Of a stretch of DNA of 64,000 nt, positions 25,990 to 38,610 are shown one piece after another. The DNA lies in assembly GCF_963921235.1 (NCBI RefSeq), contig NC_086101.1, positions 190,774,001-190,838,000 on the forward strand, given 5' to 3'. The stretch comes from Mobula hypostoma. Its lineage: Eukaryota. The stretch's first letter is position 1. Every line of letters starts with the position of its first letter. A program made the position numbers and the translations under genes. The notes under the pieces are model-generated. The model was not told the DNA's origin. It ran no database searches and saw only the letters and a program-made list of their open reading frames with translations.

Positions 25990-27410
25990 ACTAAAGATTG
26001 TGCCCTCTTGTCATAGACTCCTCCACCATGGAAAACGTCCTTTCCACATCTACTAGTCCAGACTTTTCAGCATTTGAAAGGTTTCAATGAGATCTCCCCA
26101 TCCTTCTAAAATCCAGTGAATACAGTCCCAGAGACATCAAACATTCCTCATATGATTACCCTTTGGTTTCCAGAATCTTCCTTGTGAACCTGCCCTGAAC
26201 TCTCTCCCATGCCAGCACATCTTTTCTTAAATGAGGAGTCCAAAACTGGTCACAATACTGAAGATGAGGCTTCACCAATAGTTTCAATAGGAACATTTAA
26301 TGCCAGAAAATGTATTCAATATACATCCTGAATTACTTTTTTCGCAAACATCCACGAAAACAGACGAGTGCCCCAAAGCATGAATGACAGTTAAACGTCA
26401 GAACCCCAAAGCCCTCCCCGGCTCCCCCCTCTCACGAACAAGCAGCAGCAAGGCAATGTTCCTTTACCAACAAAGCATCAATAAAGACACCGACTTGCAG
26501 TACCCCAAAGACTACCCGTTCGCCTGGTGATTCTACATACCACAAGCTCTCTCTCCCACTTATAAGGGAAAAAGAAATGTCCCCGTTTCTCAGCGAGAGG
26601 GGAAACATAATAAACAACTCGCTGGTTTATGATGTTAAAAGATTGTTACGTCGCATTCTCGAACTCTGTGCCCAGAGAATCTGCCCCAACGGTCAAGTCT
26701 TGGACACACAGCGGGCAGCTAACCCGCTGGTACGGATGTTCCGTGTTCGCCCGCGACACCTCAGTCGGGGGCACCGGCCTTGAATTTCCGGTCTCCAGAA
26801 CCACGAAAATCCAGCACCCTGGAGGCGTGCTAGCCTTCCAGGCCGTGTCCTTGGGGTATCAAAAAGCGGCTGGTCGTGAGGCCCTAAGAGCTGGTCCCAT
26901 TCTTGCAAAGAACCATAGTGAGAGTATAACTCCTGGTGAGGGTCCTCAAAAGGACCTTGAAAAGGAAAAAAAAAAGAGATATCAAAGATAGAAATAGAGC
27001 TGTTTTGGAAGGTGCAAGCAAAAGAGTCGCCACTTAGCGCCATCTTGACTTTGCTCCAGCCTTCCAGTGCCTGACAAAGCTTCAGTGTCACAGCCCTGCG
27101 CTTGTATTGTAGATCTCCTGAAATGAGTGCAAACATTGCATTTGCCTTCCTCACCATGGTCTCAACCTGCAAGTTAACCTTTTGGGTGTTCTGCACAAAG
27201 ACTCCGAAGTCCCTTTGCATTTCAGATTTTTGGAATTTATCCCCATTTATAAAATAGTCTGCGTATTTATTTCTACAACCAAAGCGCATGACCAACATTT
27301 TCCAACACTGTACTTCATTTATCACTTTCTTGCCCATTTTCCGAATCTGTCTCACTCCTTCTGCAGCCTTTCTCTTTCCTTAACACTACCTGCCCCTCCA
27401 CCAATCTTGT
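25990..27410 (-). mobile_element. Old CR1 3' fragment split by the 26280..27063 insertion (paralog at 36650-38100)
   Basis: ORF 26693..27355 (VRKANAMFALISGDLQYKRRAVTLKLCQAL) resumes as LVKPHLQYCDQFW below 26280. Confidence 0.75.
26280..27063 (-). mobile_element. ~780-bp unclassified non-autonomous retroelement beginning GAAGGCTGGAGCAAAGTCAAGATGGCG
   Basis: Inserted in a CR1 with an imperfect 5-bp TSD (CCAAT 26275-26279 / CCAGT 27064-27068). The 3' end ...CATTAAATGTTCCTATTGAAAC resembles the LINE tail at 17920-18110. Confidence 0.75.
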
Positions 27411-27479
27411 GTTTATGATTTGGCTATAAAAATTGTCTCCTTCTTCAATATATTTAGCAACTCATTGTTCTAAGTATTC

Positions 27480-27930
27480 TGTGCTGGAGACAACAGTGCA
27501 AGTTCATTAGACTTGAGTTGACAGAAATTTCTGCTCACCTATGGTTAGTACCAGGTGCCCCGAGTCTTTGGCCACATTCTGTAATTTAAAGTTAATGTGA
27601 GGAAGTCAGTGTTAAGAATCAATCAACTATTGTCACCCCAACCTGAGAGTGACAGTAGGACACCAGAGTTCTTCACTCACAATGTTTTGGACATCTGCAG
27701 AATGCTGAGACTGAGATGCTCATTTTTTTTCACATATTTCACATGCAGTAGAATGCTTGCGAACTGTTAAACCACAACACTGACAATTATGCCTCAAAGG
27801 AATCAGGAAGCAGAGCAAAGAGCAGAGTTATTCATAGAACTTAAAGGAACTACAGCAAAGTGTGTCTCAATGCACTCAGCACATTTCCCGTAAAATAAAC
27901 ATGCCCTGCTCTTTTAAACATCCATTCTCT
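27480..27930. repeat. Recurrent ~450-bp module, copy 2
   Basis: Same core as 19290..19720. AACCACA at 27770-27776 and CAGGAAG at 27804-27810. Confidence 0.75.
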
Positions 27931-29449
27931 CCCCAACCCCGCCCCCCCCCCCCCCCAACACACAGGCAAGTCTATTGAAGCACGTCTTCAGGCAAGGCTT
28001 CAGGCAGAAGGTTAAGGGAATGGAACAGTCCAGCAACTGAAGCTGAACCAAGGAGTTATTTATGTAGCCAGCCCAAAATGTGAATCAGCTGCCTGAATCA
28101 GAGTGACCAAAAGAAAAAGCAAACACCAAAAAACCTGGAATTAGGAACAGGGACCGGACCGTGAACCAGAATCCGGACTTCACGGACCGTGAACCGGAAT
28201 CCGGACTTCACCGACCGGACCATGACAACATGGACAATACAATCACCTATGTCAGGATGCTGTTCATCGACTATAGCTCTGCATTTAATACCATCAGTCC
28301 AACAATCCTAATTGAGAGATTCCAGAACCTGGGCCTCTGTACCTCATCTGTAATTGGATGCTCGACTTCCTAACCAGAAGACCACAATCAGCGCGGATTG
28401 GTGATAACACATCCTCCTCGCTCACATTCAATACTCGTGCACATCAGGGGTGTGTGCTCTACCCACTGGCTGATTGATGCTTTTGTTGTTGCCTGTGAGT
28501 GGGTAGTGGGTGTCTTTGGGATTCTGACATTTTCTATCATTCATTTTTTGGAGGTTTTCTTTCTATTTCGTGGATGTCGGCAAAGAGTAATAATTTCAGG
28601 TTGTGTTTGGAATACACTATCTGAATTTAAACTCAACCATTGACCCATTAAGCCATTGAATCGTTGCATGAAAGTGAATCTTGTGGTAGAATGTGGTGAT
28701 ATATACATACTTTGATAATTATTTTGAACTTTGCCGGGAATCTGGAAGCACAGTCTCAAGTCGTCTCGATGACATCAATTCGGATTCAGATACAACTATG
28801 TATTAATTACATGTGAAATTCATCATTAGCGTAAAGAACTTATGTGCTGGGAGGTTTGCAGTGCACAAGTGCGCTTACAATTGAAGGATCTGTCCTTCCC
28901 ATGAGCTTGGCCTGATACCAGAGTCCATTTCACAGCTTCCCTCGCACCCCACATGTACCCCAGCTCTTCCTCCCTGATTCTGTCTCAGGAATAGACCCTC
29001 CTATAACCATTCCACAGTCTCACCATCACCCTGCACCCCTCCCAGCTCCACCACCCTGTTTCCCTCTCAGGAACAGTCCCTCCTCTTCGTCCATCCACCA
29101 CCCTGAGCCCAGTTAACAGACAGAGGACATTCGGTTGTCCTGCCCTGCTCCACCTGTCAACACGATCATGGTTGACCGTCGACTTCAGGATCCTTAACCC
29201 ACAATACCCTTGGCAGTAAGACATTATGCAGGAACTCAGCAGGTCAGGCAGCGTCTATGAGAGGAAGTCGACGCTTTGGGCCAGGATCTTTCATCATGAC
29301 TCAACTGTTTATTGCTTTCCATTGATGCTGCAAGACCTGCTGAGATCAAGAGGAATTTTTATGTGTTACTCCAGATTTCCAGTAACTGCAGAATCCCTTC
29401 TATTCATGATTTGGCATTACAAAATGTTCCTTCCTGAATATATTCTGAG

Positions 29450-29960
29450 ACTCGGCCGCCTCTGCATTCTATGCTGGAGACAATTCTGTAAGTTCATTTC
29501 ACTTGGAGACAGGGAAATATCAAGTCACTTCGGTGTGGTAGCATCTGTCTCCCTTTGCTGTGGCCAGAGGTTCTGAATATCACATTTAGTATGAACAACT
29601 AAAGCGAAGGATGAATCTGCTGTTGGTACCCTACCCTGACACTAACTGCAGGAACCTGCAAAGACAACCCCGGAGTCCTTCACCCACTCCTCACTGCTTT
29701 GGACTTCTCACTCACTGGTCTTTACTTCCTGACCCTGAACTTTTTAGTCAGGTACTCTAGAATACTGAGGAAATGTTAAACTGCACTTATGGCACAACAA
29801 AGCCACACTGTTAATTCAAGGAAGGAGAGGTCGAGCAGAGAGCAAAATTATTCTTAGAACTTAAGGAAACAACAGCAAAGTGTGCCTCAATGCGCTCACC
29901 ACATTCTGTGTAAAACAAACCTGTCCTGCTCTTCAAACTGCACATCCTCCCCAACCAACG
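29450..29960. repeat. Recurrent ~450-bp module, copy 3
   Basis: Direct paralog of 19290..19720. ACTTCCTG at 29724-29731. Confidence 0.8.
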
Positions 29961-30531
29961 CACATTCACAAAGCTGAAGGCAGTGCCTGTACGTTTTGTA
30001 GCAATGGAGCAGTTTGAGAACAGATTGTTCTCCTTATCTGATGAAAGATTTGTTGACATTGGAGGGGTTCGAGAGGAGGGTGACAGGAAAGATTCTAGGA
30101 ATGAAAGAGTTAACACATGAGGAGCGTTGGATTGCCCTGGGTCAGTACTCGCTGCAGTTTAGAAGAATGAGGGGAGTCTCACTGGATCCTGTCGAATATT
30201 CTAAGCCTGAGATAGAGTGGAGGTGGGAAGGGTGTTTCCTCATGTGGATGAGTCTAGGACCAGAGGGCATGGATCCGAATAGAGTGATGTCCATTTAGAA
30301 CAGAGCAAAGGAAGAATATGTTTGGGCAGGTGGTAATGAATTGTTGAATTCATTGGCACAAAGGGCTGTGTATGCCGAATCATTGAGTATATTTAAAGTT
30401 GAGGAGGATAGGTTATTGATGTCAGGGCATCAAAGGTTACGGGAAGAAGGCAGAAGAGAGGGATTCAGTGGGATAATAAATTTGTCATGATGGAATAGCA
30501 GAGCATAGTCGACGGGTCGAATGGTCTAATT

Positions 30532-33500
30532 AATCGCTAGGTTTGCTAGCATGGTTCGGGAGGGTTTAAACTAATTTGCGAGGGGGATGGGACCCAGAGC
30601 GACAGAGCAGTGAAAGAAATGCATGGAGTAAAGCCAGACCTAGTATACAGAGAGGCTTTGAGGAAAGAGAAGCAGAATAAATAGTGTAAAGACAGTAAGG
30701 TAGAAGGGCTGAAATGTGTGTACCTCAATGCAAGAAGCATCAGGAACAAAGGTGATGAACTGAGAGCTTGGATACATACATGGAATTATGATGTAGTGGC
30801 CATTACAGAAACTTGGCTGGCACCAGGGCAGGAATGGATTCTCAATATTCCTGGATTTCAGTGCTTTAAAAGGGATAGAGAGCACAGAAAAAGGGGAGGA
30901 GGGGTGGCATTACTGGTCAGAGATACTATTACAGCTACAGAAAGGGTGGGTAATGTAGCAGGATCCCCTTTTGAGTCAATATGGGTGGAAGTCAGGAACA
31001 GGAAGGGAGCAGTTACTCTACTGGGGGTATTCTATAGGCCCCCTGGTAGCAGCAGAGATACAGAGGAGCAGATTGGGAAGCAGGTTTTGGAGAGGTGCAA
31101 AAATAACAGGGTTGTTATCATGGGTGACTTTAACTTCCCTAATATTGATTGGCACCTGATTAGTTCCAAGGGTTTAGATGGGGCAGAATTTGTTAAGTGT
31201 ATCCAGTATGGATTCCTGTGACAGTATGTTGACAGGCCGACCAGGGGGAATGCCATTCTAGATCTAGACTAGGTAATGAACCGGGTCAGGTCACAGATCT
31301 CTCAGTGGGTGTGCATCTGGGGACAATGACCACTGCTCCCTGGCCTTTATAATTATCATGGAAAAGGATAGAATCAAAGGGGACAGGAAAATTTTTAATT
31401 GGGGAAAGGCAAATTATGAGGCTATAAGGCTAGAACTTGCGGGTGTGAATAGGGATGATGTTTTTGCAGGGAAATGTACTATGGACATGTGGTTGATGTT
31501 TAGAGATCTCTTACGGGATGTAAGGGATAAATTTGTCCTGGTGAGGAAGATAAAGAGTGGTAGGGTGAAGGAACCATGGGTGACAAGTGAGGTGGAAAAT
31601 CTAGTCAGGAGGAAGAAGGCAGCATACATGAGGTTTAGGAAGCAAGGATCAGATGGATCTATTGAGGAATATAGGGAAGCAAGAAAGGAGCTTAAGAAGG
31701 GGCTGAGAAGAGCAAGAAGGGGGCATGAGAAGGCCTTGGCGAGTAGGGTAAAGGAAAACCCCAAGGCATTCTTCAATTATGTGAAGAAAAAAAGGATGAC
31801 AGGAGTGAAGGTAGGACCAATTAGAGATAAAGGTGGGAAGATGTGCCTGGAGGCTGTGGAAGTGAGCGAGGTCCTCAATGAATACTTCTCTTCGGTATTC
31901 AACAATGAGAGGGAACCTAATGATGGTGAGGACAATATGAGTGAGGTTGATGTTCTGGAGCATGCTGATATTAAGGGAGAGGAGGTGTTGGAGTTGTTAA
32001 AATACTCCTAATACAATTAGGACAGATAAGTCCCCGGGGCCTAACGGAATATTCCCCAGGCTGCTCCACGAGGTGAGAGAAGAGATTGCTGAGCCTCTGG
32101 CTAGGATCTTTATGTCCTCGTTGTCCACGGGAATGGTACCGGAGGATTGGAGGGAGACGAATGTTGTTCCCTTGTTCAAAAAAGGTAGTACGGATAGTCT
32201 GGGTAATTATAGACCAGTGAGCCTTATGTCTGTGGTGGGAAGGCTGTTGGAAAACATTCTTAGAGATAGGATCTATAGGCATTTAGAGAATCATGGTCTG
32301 ATCAGGGATAGTCAGCATGGCTTTGTGAAGGGCAGGTCGTGTCTAACAAGCCCGATAGAGTTCTTTGAGGTGGTGACCAGGCATATAGATGAGGGTAGTG
32401 CAGTGGATGTGATCTATATGGATTTTAGAGTAAGGCATTTGACAAGGTTCCACATGCTAGGCTTATTCAGAAAGTTAGAAGGCATGGGATCCAGGGAAGT
32501 TTGGCCAGGTGGATTCAGAATTGGCTTGCCTGCAGAAGGCCGAGGGTCATGGTGGAGGGAGTACATTCAGATTGGAGGATTGTGACTAGTGGTGTTCCAC
32601 AAGGATCTGTTCTGGGACCTCTACTTTTTGTGATTTTTATTAACGACCTGGATGTGGGGGTAGAAGGGTGGGTTGGCAAATTTGCAGACGACACAAAGGT
32701 TGGTGGTGTTGTAGATAGTGTAGAGGATTGTCAAAGATTGCAGAGAGACATTGATAGGATGCAGAAGTGGGCTGAGAAGTGGCAGATGGAGTTCAACCCA
32801 GAGAAGTGTGAGGTGGTACACTTTGAAAGGACAAACTCCAAGGCAGAGTACAAAGTAAATGGCAGGATACTTGGTAGTGTGGAGGAGCAGAGGGATCTCG
32901 GGGTACATGTCCACAGATCCCTGAAAGTTGCCTCACAGGTGGCTAGGGTAGTTAAGAAAGCTTATGGGGTGTCAGCTTTCATTCGTCGAGGGATAGAGTT
33001 TAAGAGTCGCGATGTAATGATGCAGCTCTATAAAACTCTGGTTAGGCTACACTTGGAGTATTCTGTCCAGTTCTGGTCACCTCACTATAGGAAGGATGTG
33101 GAAGCATTGGAAAGGGTACAGCGGAGATTTACCAGGATGCTGCCTGGTTTAGAAAGTATGCATTATGATCAGAGATTAAGGGAGCTAGGGCTTTACTCTT
33201 TGGAGAGGAGGATGAGAGGAGACATAATAGAGGTGTACAAGATAATAAGAGGAATAGATAGAGTGGATAGCCAGTGCCTCTTCCCCAGGGCACCACTGCT
33301 CAATACAAGAGGACATGGCTTTAAGGTAAGGGGTGGGAATTTCAAGGGGGATATTAGAGGAAGGTTTTTTTACTCAGAGTGGTTGGTGCGTGGAATGCAC
33401 TGCCTGAGTCAGTGGTGGAGGCAGATACACTAGTGAAGTTTAAGAGACTACTAGACAGGTATATGGAGGAATCTAAGGTGGGGGCTTATATGGGAGGCAG

Positions 33501-33578
33501 GGTTTGAGGGTCGGCACAACATTGTGGGCTGAAGGGCCTGTACTGTGCTGTACTATTCTAGGTTCTATGTTCTATGTT
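30532..33578 (+). mobile_element. CR1 LINE (end of ORF1 region plus nearly complete ORF2, several frameshifts/stops), inserted after the segmental duplication
   Basis: Endonuclease YLNARSIRNK/AITETWL/GVFYRPP/MGDFN (30718..31221), RT (32073.., 32501..33433), and a (GTTCTAT)n tail. The empty site in copy A is ATGGCCTAATCATTCTCC at ~20280. Possible TTA TSD at 30530-30532 and 33577-33579. Confidence 0.93.
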
Positions 33579-36500
33579 ATTCTCCTGTGTGTTATGGTCT
33601 TAACAACGACAGCCTTTAGAAACTCACTGCGAACTAAGTAATGTAAACACACAGGCAAGAACATGACAATACCCTATCACACAATTCCAAATAGAGGAAG
33701 AGGCACAACAGACATGAAATATGACAACTAATCAAACATTCCACAGTCAAAGGCACTTACATCACATGTATTCCCCATTCTGATGTTTGTTCTGAGCAAC
33801 AACTGAACCTTTTGAACATCTCTGCATTGGGTGATGCCACATGAGTGATTGAAGGGGCTTAATTGAGCTGGAGGTCTGTAATTAGGGATGTTTCATAGGG
33901 ATTTGTGCTGGGACCTTTGCTGTTTGTGATGTTCATAAATGACTTGGACAAAAATGTACATTAGTGGGTTATTAAGTTTGTAGATGACACCACGATTAGT
34001 GGATTGTGGATTGTGTAGCAGACTGGCGAAGAATACAATACAATATATATCACTTGTAGATATGGACAAATAAGTGGCAGATGGAGCTGAACTCAGATAA
34101 ATGTGAGGTTTTGCACCTTGGTATGGAAATTGCAAGGAGACAATATACTGTTGGGGCAAGACTGTCAACAGTGTTGCTGAGCAGAGAGTTCTTGGCATCC
34201 AAGTTCATAGCTCAGTGAAAGTGGCTACACAGATCAATAGAGTGGTATGGATGATTTATGGTATACTTCCTTTTATTAGTTGAGATATTAAATTCAAAAG
34301 CCAAGAGGTTATGTTGCAACTTTAGGAACCCTGGTGTCTACTATCGTCAGGATATTGAGGCTTTGGAGAGAGTGCAGAAGAGATTTACCATGATGCTGCC
34401 TGGTTTAGAGTGCATGTGTGAAACTGGACAAACTTGTTTTTTTTTGAGTGGCAGATGCTGAGGAGGTGGCCACATTGGGAGCAGCAGATGTGGATGGAAC
34501 GAAGGTGGTCGATAAAGCCGACCCCCAATCTATGCCTGGTGTTAATTTCGTGAATTAAATATATGTTTTTTTACATATGGCGCCTTCTTATAATTCCACT
34601 GTTAAAGAGATGAATGTTTTTTTTAAATAAAAACGTTGCAAGGATGAGTAAGTCAAACATAATGACTGCTATCGATGGTTTTAGTAAGATGTTGCCAGTG
34701 TTTAAACAGGTGCTGCCAAGTGAAGCAATGGAAATAGATTAACATGTCATTACAGTTGTAGATTCCTAAGGTGCCAGCAGATATCCTGACTCTTTGACCC
34801 ATCTCGTACACAAACTATTCGGGCTCGTCCCATCGATCCACACATGGTCCATTGTCCTTATACGCCTTTCATCTGTGTATGTATCCAAACTTCTGTTAAG
34901 CATTGTAACTGTTCTGTTCAGTGCAGAAATTGTTCGTTGGGCCCACAACGTGAATGACACCCTGTTACCCATCTATGTCTCCTATTTGACTACAATAGGT
35001 GCATATTCTCTACGCCTCACCTAAAGGATACCTGTGTCAATGCATCAAACGCATTCCAGACATTAAACAGTGCATGTGAACATTTTGGTTCATGCAAAAA
35101 CCCTTTCTCACTCACTGTATTATCTCATATTGTATTCTCTTACCGGTAATATTTGTTGGAAATTGGAAAGACTCTAAACAAACAGCAGACTGAAACTTCA
35201 TCAGTAATTGACAGCCAGAGATGATCAGTTTTCTCCACTAATAATGAGAGGACATACCAATGCCCAAGAATGGAAAAGCCAACAAACATTGATGTATACA
35301 GCCCAGTCCATCACAAGCAATGTCCACCCCACCACTGAGCACATTTAAAAGCAGCACTGCCCCGAGAAAGCAGCAATCATCATTTAGGGCAGCTACCATC
35401 CAACCCACGCTCCCTTCTCTCTTGCTGCTATCAGGAAGGAAATAAATTACCCTTAGTTTGAGGAGGGTTATTACCCTTCAGTCATCAGGTTTCTGAAATA
35501 GTGTGGATAACTTCACCTACCTCAACACAAAACTGATCACTGAACACAGCTTCTGAACACAGTTTCAGGGATTCTAGATCTTACGTCCCATGTACTTCAC
35601 CTGGAACCAGATTCCATTCCACAGCTTCCTTACCCCACACATCCCCCAGCTCCACCTCCATGTTCTCGCTCAGGAAAAGACCTTCCTCTACTTATTCCAT
35701 AGTCCCCTCACCACGCATGGCCCCTAACTTTACCCGCTTTTTCCCTCTCGGGGACAATTCCACCCTTTACACCCACCTACCACTGACACCCATTAACAGG
35801 TGTAGGCCATTTGGCTATCTGACCCCGCTCCCCCAGTCAACGCAATCATGATGGACCATTCACCTCAGGATACTTCACCTTTAATCTCTTTGCCATTACA
35901 AGATTATGCAGGACCTCAGATGGTCAGGCAGCATCTATGGATCGACATAAACAGTTGACATTTCTGGCCAAGGTTTTTCATCAGGACTAGACTGATAAAG
36001 GGCTTCAGTCCGAAATATCATCTGTTTATCCCTTTCCATTTGAGGTTTCCTGGTTTGCTGAATTCCTCTTGCGTGTTTTTGCGTGTTACTCTGGGTTTCC
36101 ATCATCTGCAATATGTTCAAAGGTTCATTTTGGCATCAAAGATATATATGCATAACAGAACTCTGAAATCTGTCTGCTCCAGATCGCTATACAGCACAGA
36201 AAATATTATGTTGACAGACATCAATGCCCTGCTGCATGAAAAGAAATAAACAAAAACCTACAAACCCCAAGCACCCCCAACCCCTCCCTGACACAAAAAC
36301 CAACAGATCACACAAACCCCAGCCCGCCAATCCGCAGCAAGAAATAGTGGGCGAGACCAAGAGAAAAATATAGAACTGTAAGAGACCAATATGAACAACA
36401 GTCCAATCCATAAATCTCAGAATTTCGATAACATCTCCAAGAAAATCAGGACCCAGTGGTCCAAGGATACACCATCAACTCTGCTCCGCCATTCAATCCC

Positions 36501-36937
36501 GGCCAATCCTTTATTTCCCCCTCAGCCCCCCTCCCCAGCCCTTCCTCGTAACCTTTGATGTCCAATCAAGAACCTATCATCACCACCTTGAATAACCCAA
36601 TGATTTGGCCTCTGCAGCTGCCTGTAGTAACAAATTCATCACCCCCTGACTAAAGATTGTGCCCTCGTCCTGGACTCCTCCACCGTGGAAAACGTCCTTT
36701 CCACATCTACTCTGTCCAGACTTTTCAACATTTGAAAGGTTTCAGTGAGATCTCCTCATCCTTCTAAAATCCAGTGAATACAGTCCCAGAGACATCAAAC
36801 ATTCCTCATATGTTTACCCTTTGGTTTCCAGAATCTTCCTTGTGAACCTGCCCTGAACTCTCTCCCATGCCAGCACATCTTTTCTTAAATGAGGAGTCCA
36901 AAACTGGTCACAATATTGAAGATGAGGCTTCACCAAT

Positions 36938-37752
36938 AGGTTCAATAGGAACATTTAATGCCAGAGAAATGTATACAAAAAAACATCCTGAATTATTTTT
37001 TTTGCCAACATCCACAAAAACAGACAAGTGCCCCAAAGCATGAATGACAGTTAAACGTCAGAACCCCAAAGCCCTCCCCGGCTCCCCCCTCTCACGAACA
37101 AGCAGCAGCAAAGCAACGACCCACCACCCCCAACCCCCCCCCCACCCACGCTCCCGCCACAACAAAGCATCAATAAAGACACGGACTTGCGGTACCTCAA
37201 AGACTACCCGTTCGCCCGGTGATTCGATATGCAACAAGCTCTCTCCCACTTATAAGGGAAAAAGAAATGTCCCCGTTTCTCTGCCAGAGGGGAGACTTAA
37301 TAAACAAGTCGCTGATTTACGATGTTAAAAGTTTGTTGCGTTGCATTTTCGAGCTCTGCGCCCAGAGAATCTGCCCCAAGGCTCAAGTCTTGGACATACA
37401 GCGGGCAGCTAACCCGCTGCTCACAATGTTCAGTGTTCTCCCGCGACACCTCAGGCAAGGGCACTGGCCTTGAATTTCCTGTCTCCAGAACCACGAAAAT
37501 CCGGCACCCTGGAGGCGTGCTAGCCTTCCAGGCCGTGTCCTTGGGGTATCAAAAAGCGGCCGGTCGTGAGGCCCTAAGAGCTGGTCCCATTCCCGCAAAG
37601 AACCATAGTGAGAGTGTAACTGAGGTGAGGGTCCTCAAAAGGACCTTGAAAAGGAAAAAAAAAAGAGATATCAAAGATAGAAATAGAGCTGTTTTGGAAG
37701 GTGCAAGCAAAAGAGTCGCCACTTCGCGCCACCTTTACTTTGCGCCAGCCTT
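36938..37752 (-). mobile_element. Paralogous copy of the ~780-bp non-autonomous element
   Basis: Collinear with 26280..27063 at the same CR1 site (CCAAT 36933-36937 / CCAGT 37753-37757). Confidence 0.75.
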
Positions 37753-38159
37753 CCAGTGCCTTACAAAGCTTCAGTGTCCCATCCCTGCGCTTGTATTGTA
37801 GATCTCTTGAATTGAATGCAAACATTGCATTTGCCTTCCTTACCATCGTCTCAACCTGCAAATTAACCTTTTGGGTGTTCCGCACAAAGACTCCGAAATA
37901 TATTTGCATTTCAGATTTTTAGAATTTATCCCCATTTATAAAATAGTCTGTGCATTTATTTCTACTACCAAAGCGCATGACCAACATTTTCCAACACTGT
38001 ACTTCATTTGCCACTTTCTTGCCCATTTACCTAATCTGTCTCACTCCTTCTGCAGCCTTTCTCTTTCCTTAACACTACCTGCCCCTCCACCAATCTTGTG
38101 TTTATGATTTGGCTATAAAGAATTATCTCCTTCTTCAATATATTTAGCAACTCATCGTT

Positions 38160-38610
38160 CTAAGTATTCTGTGCTGGAGACAACAGTGCAAGTTCATTAG
38201 ACTTGGGTTCACAGAAATTTCTGCTCACCTATGTGTAGTACCAGGTGCCCCCAGTTTGTGGCCACATTCTGTACTTTACAGTTAATGTGAGGAGGTCAGT
38301 GTTAAGAATCAATCAACTATTGTCACCCCAGCCTGAGACTGACAGTAGGACACTAGAGTTCTTCACCCTCAATGTTTTGGACATCTCCTGAATGCTGAGC
38401 CTGAGATGCTCACTTTTTTTCACATGCAGTAGGATGCCAGCGGACTGTTAAACCACAACACTGACAGCTATAACTCAAAGGAATCAGGAAGCAGAGCAAA
38501 GAGCAGAGTTATTCGTAGAACTTAAAGGAACTACAGCAAAGTGTGTCTCAATGCACTCACCACATTTCCTGTAAAATAAACATGCCCTGCTCTTTTAAAC
38601 TGCATCCATC
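38160..38610. repeat. Recurrent ~450-bp module, copy 4
   Basis: Direct paralog of 27480..27930. AACCACA at 38451-38457 and CAGGAAG at 38485-38491. Confidence 0.8.

Larger units (their letters stand above)
17690..28130. repeat. Segmental duplication, copy A (~10.4 kb)
   Basis: Collinear blocks with copy B: 17696~28251, 19290~29545, 20300~33590, 23070~34465, 26280~36938, 27810~38500, 28060~38710. Confidence 0.9.
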
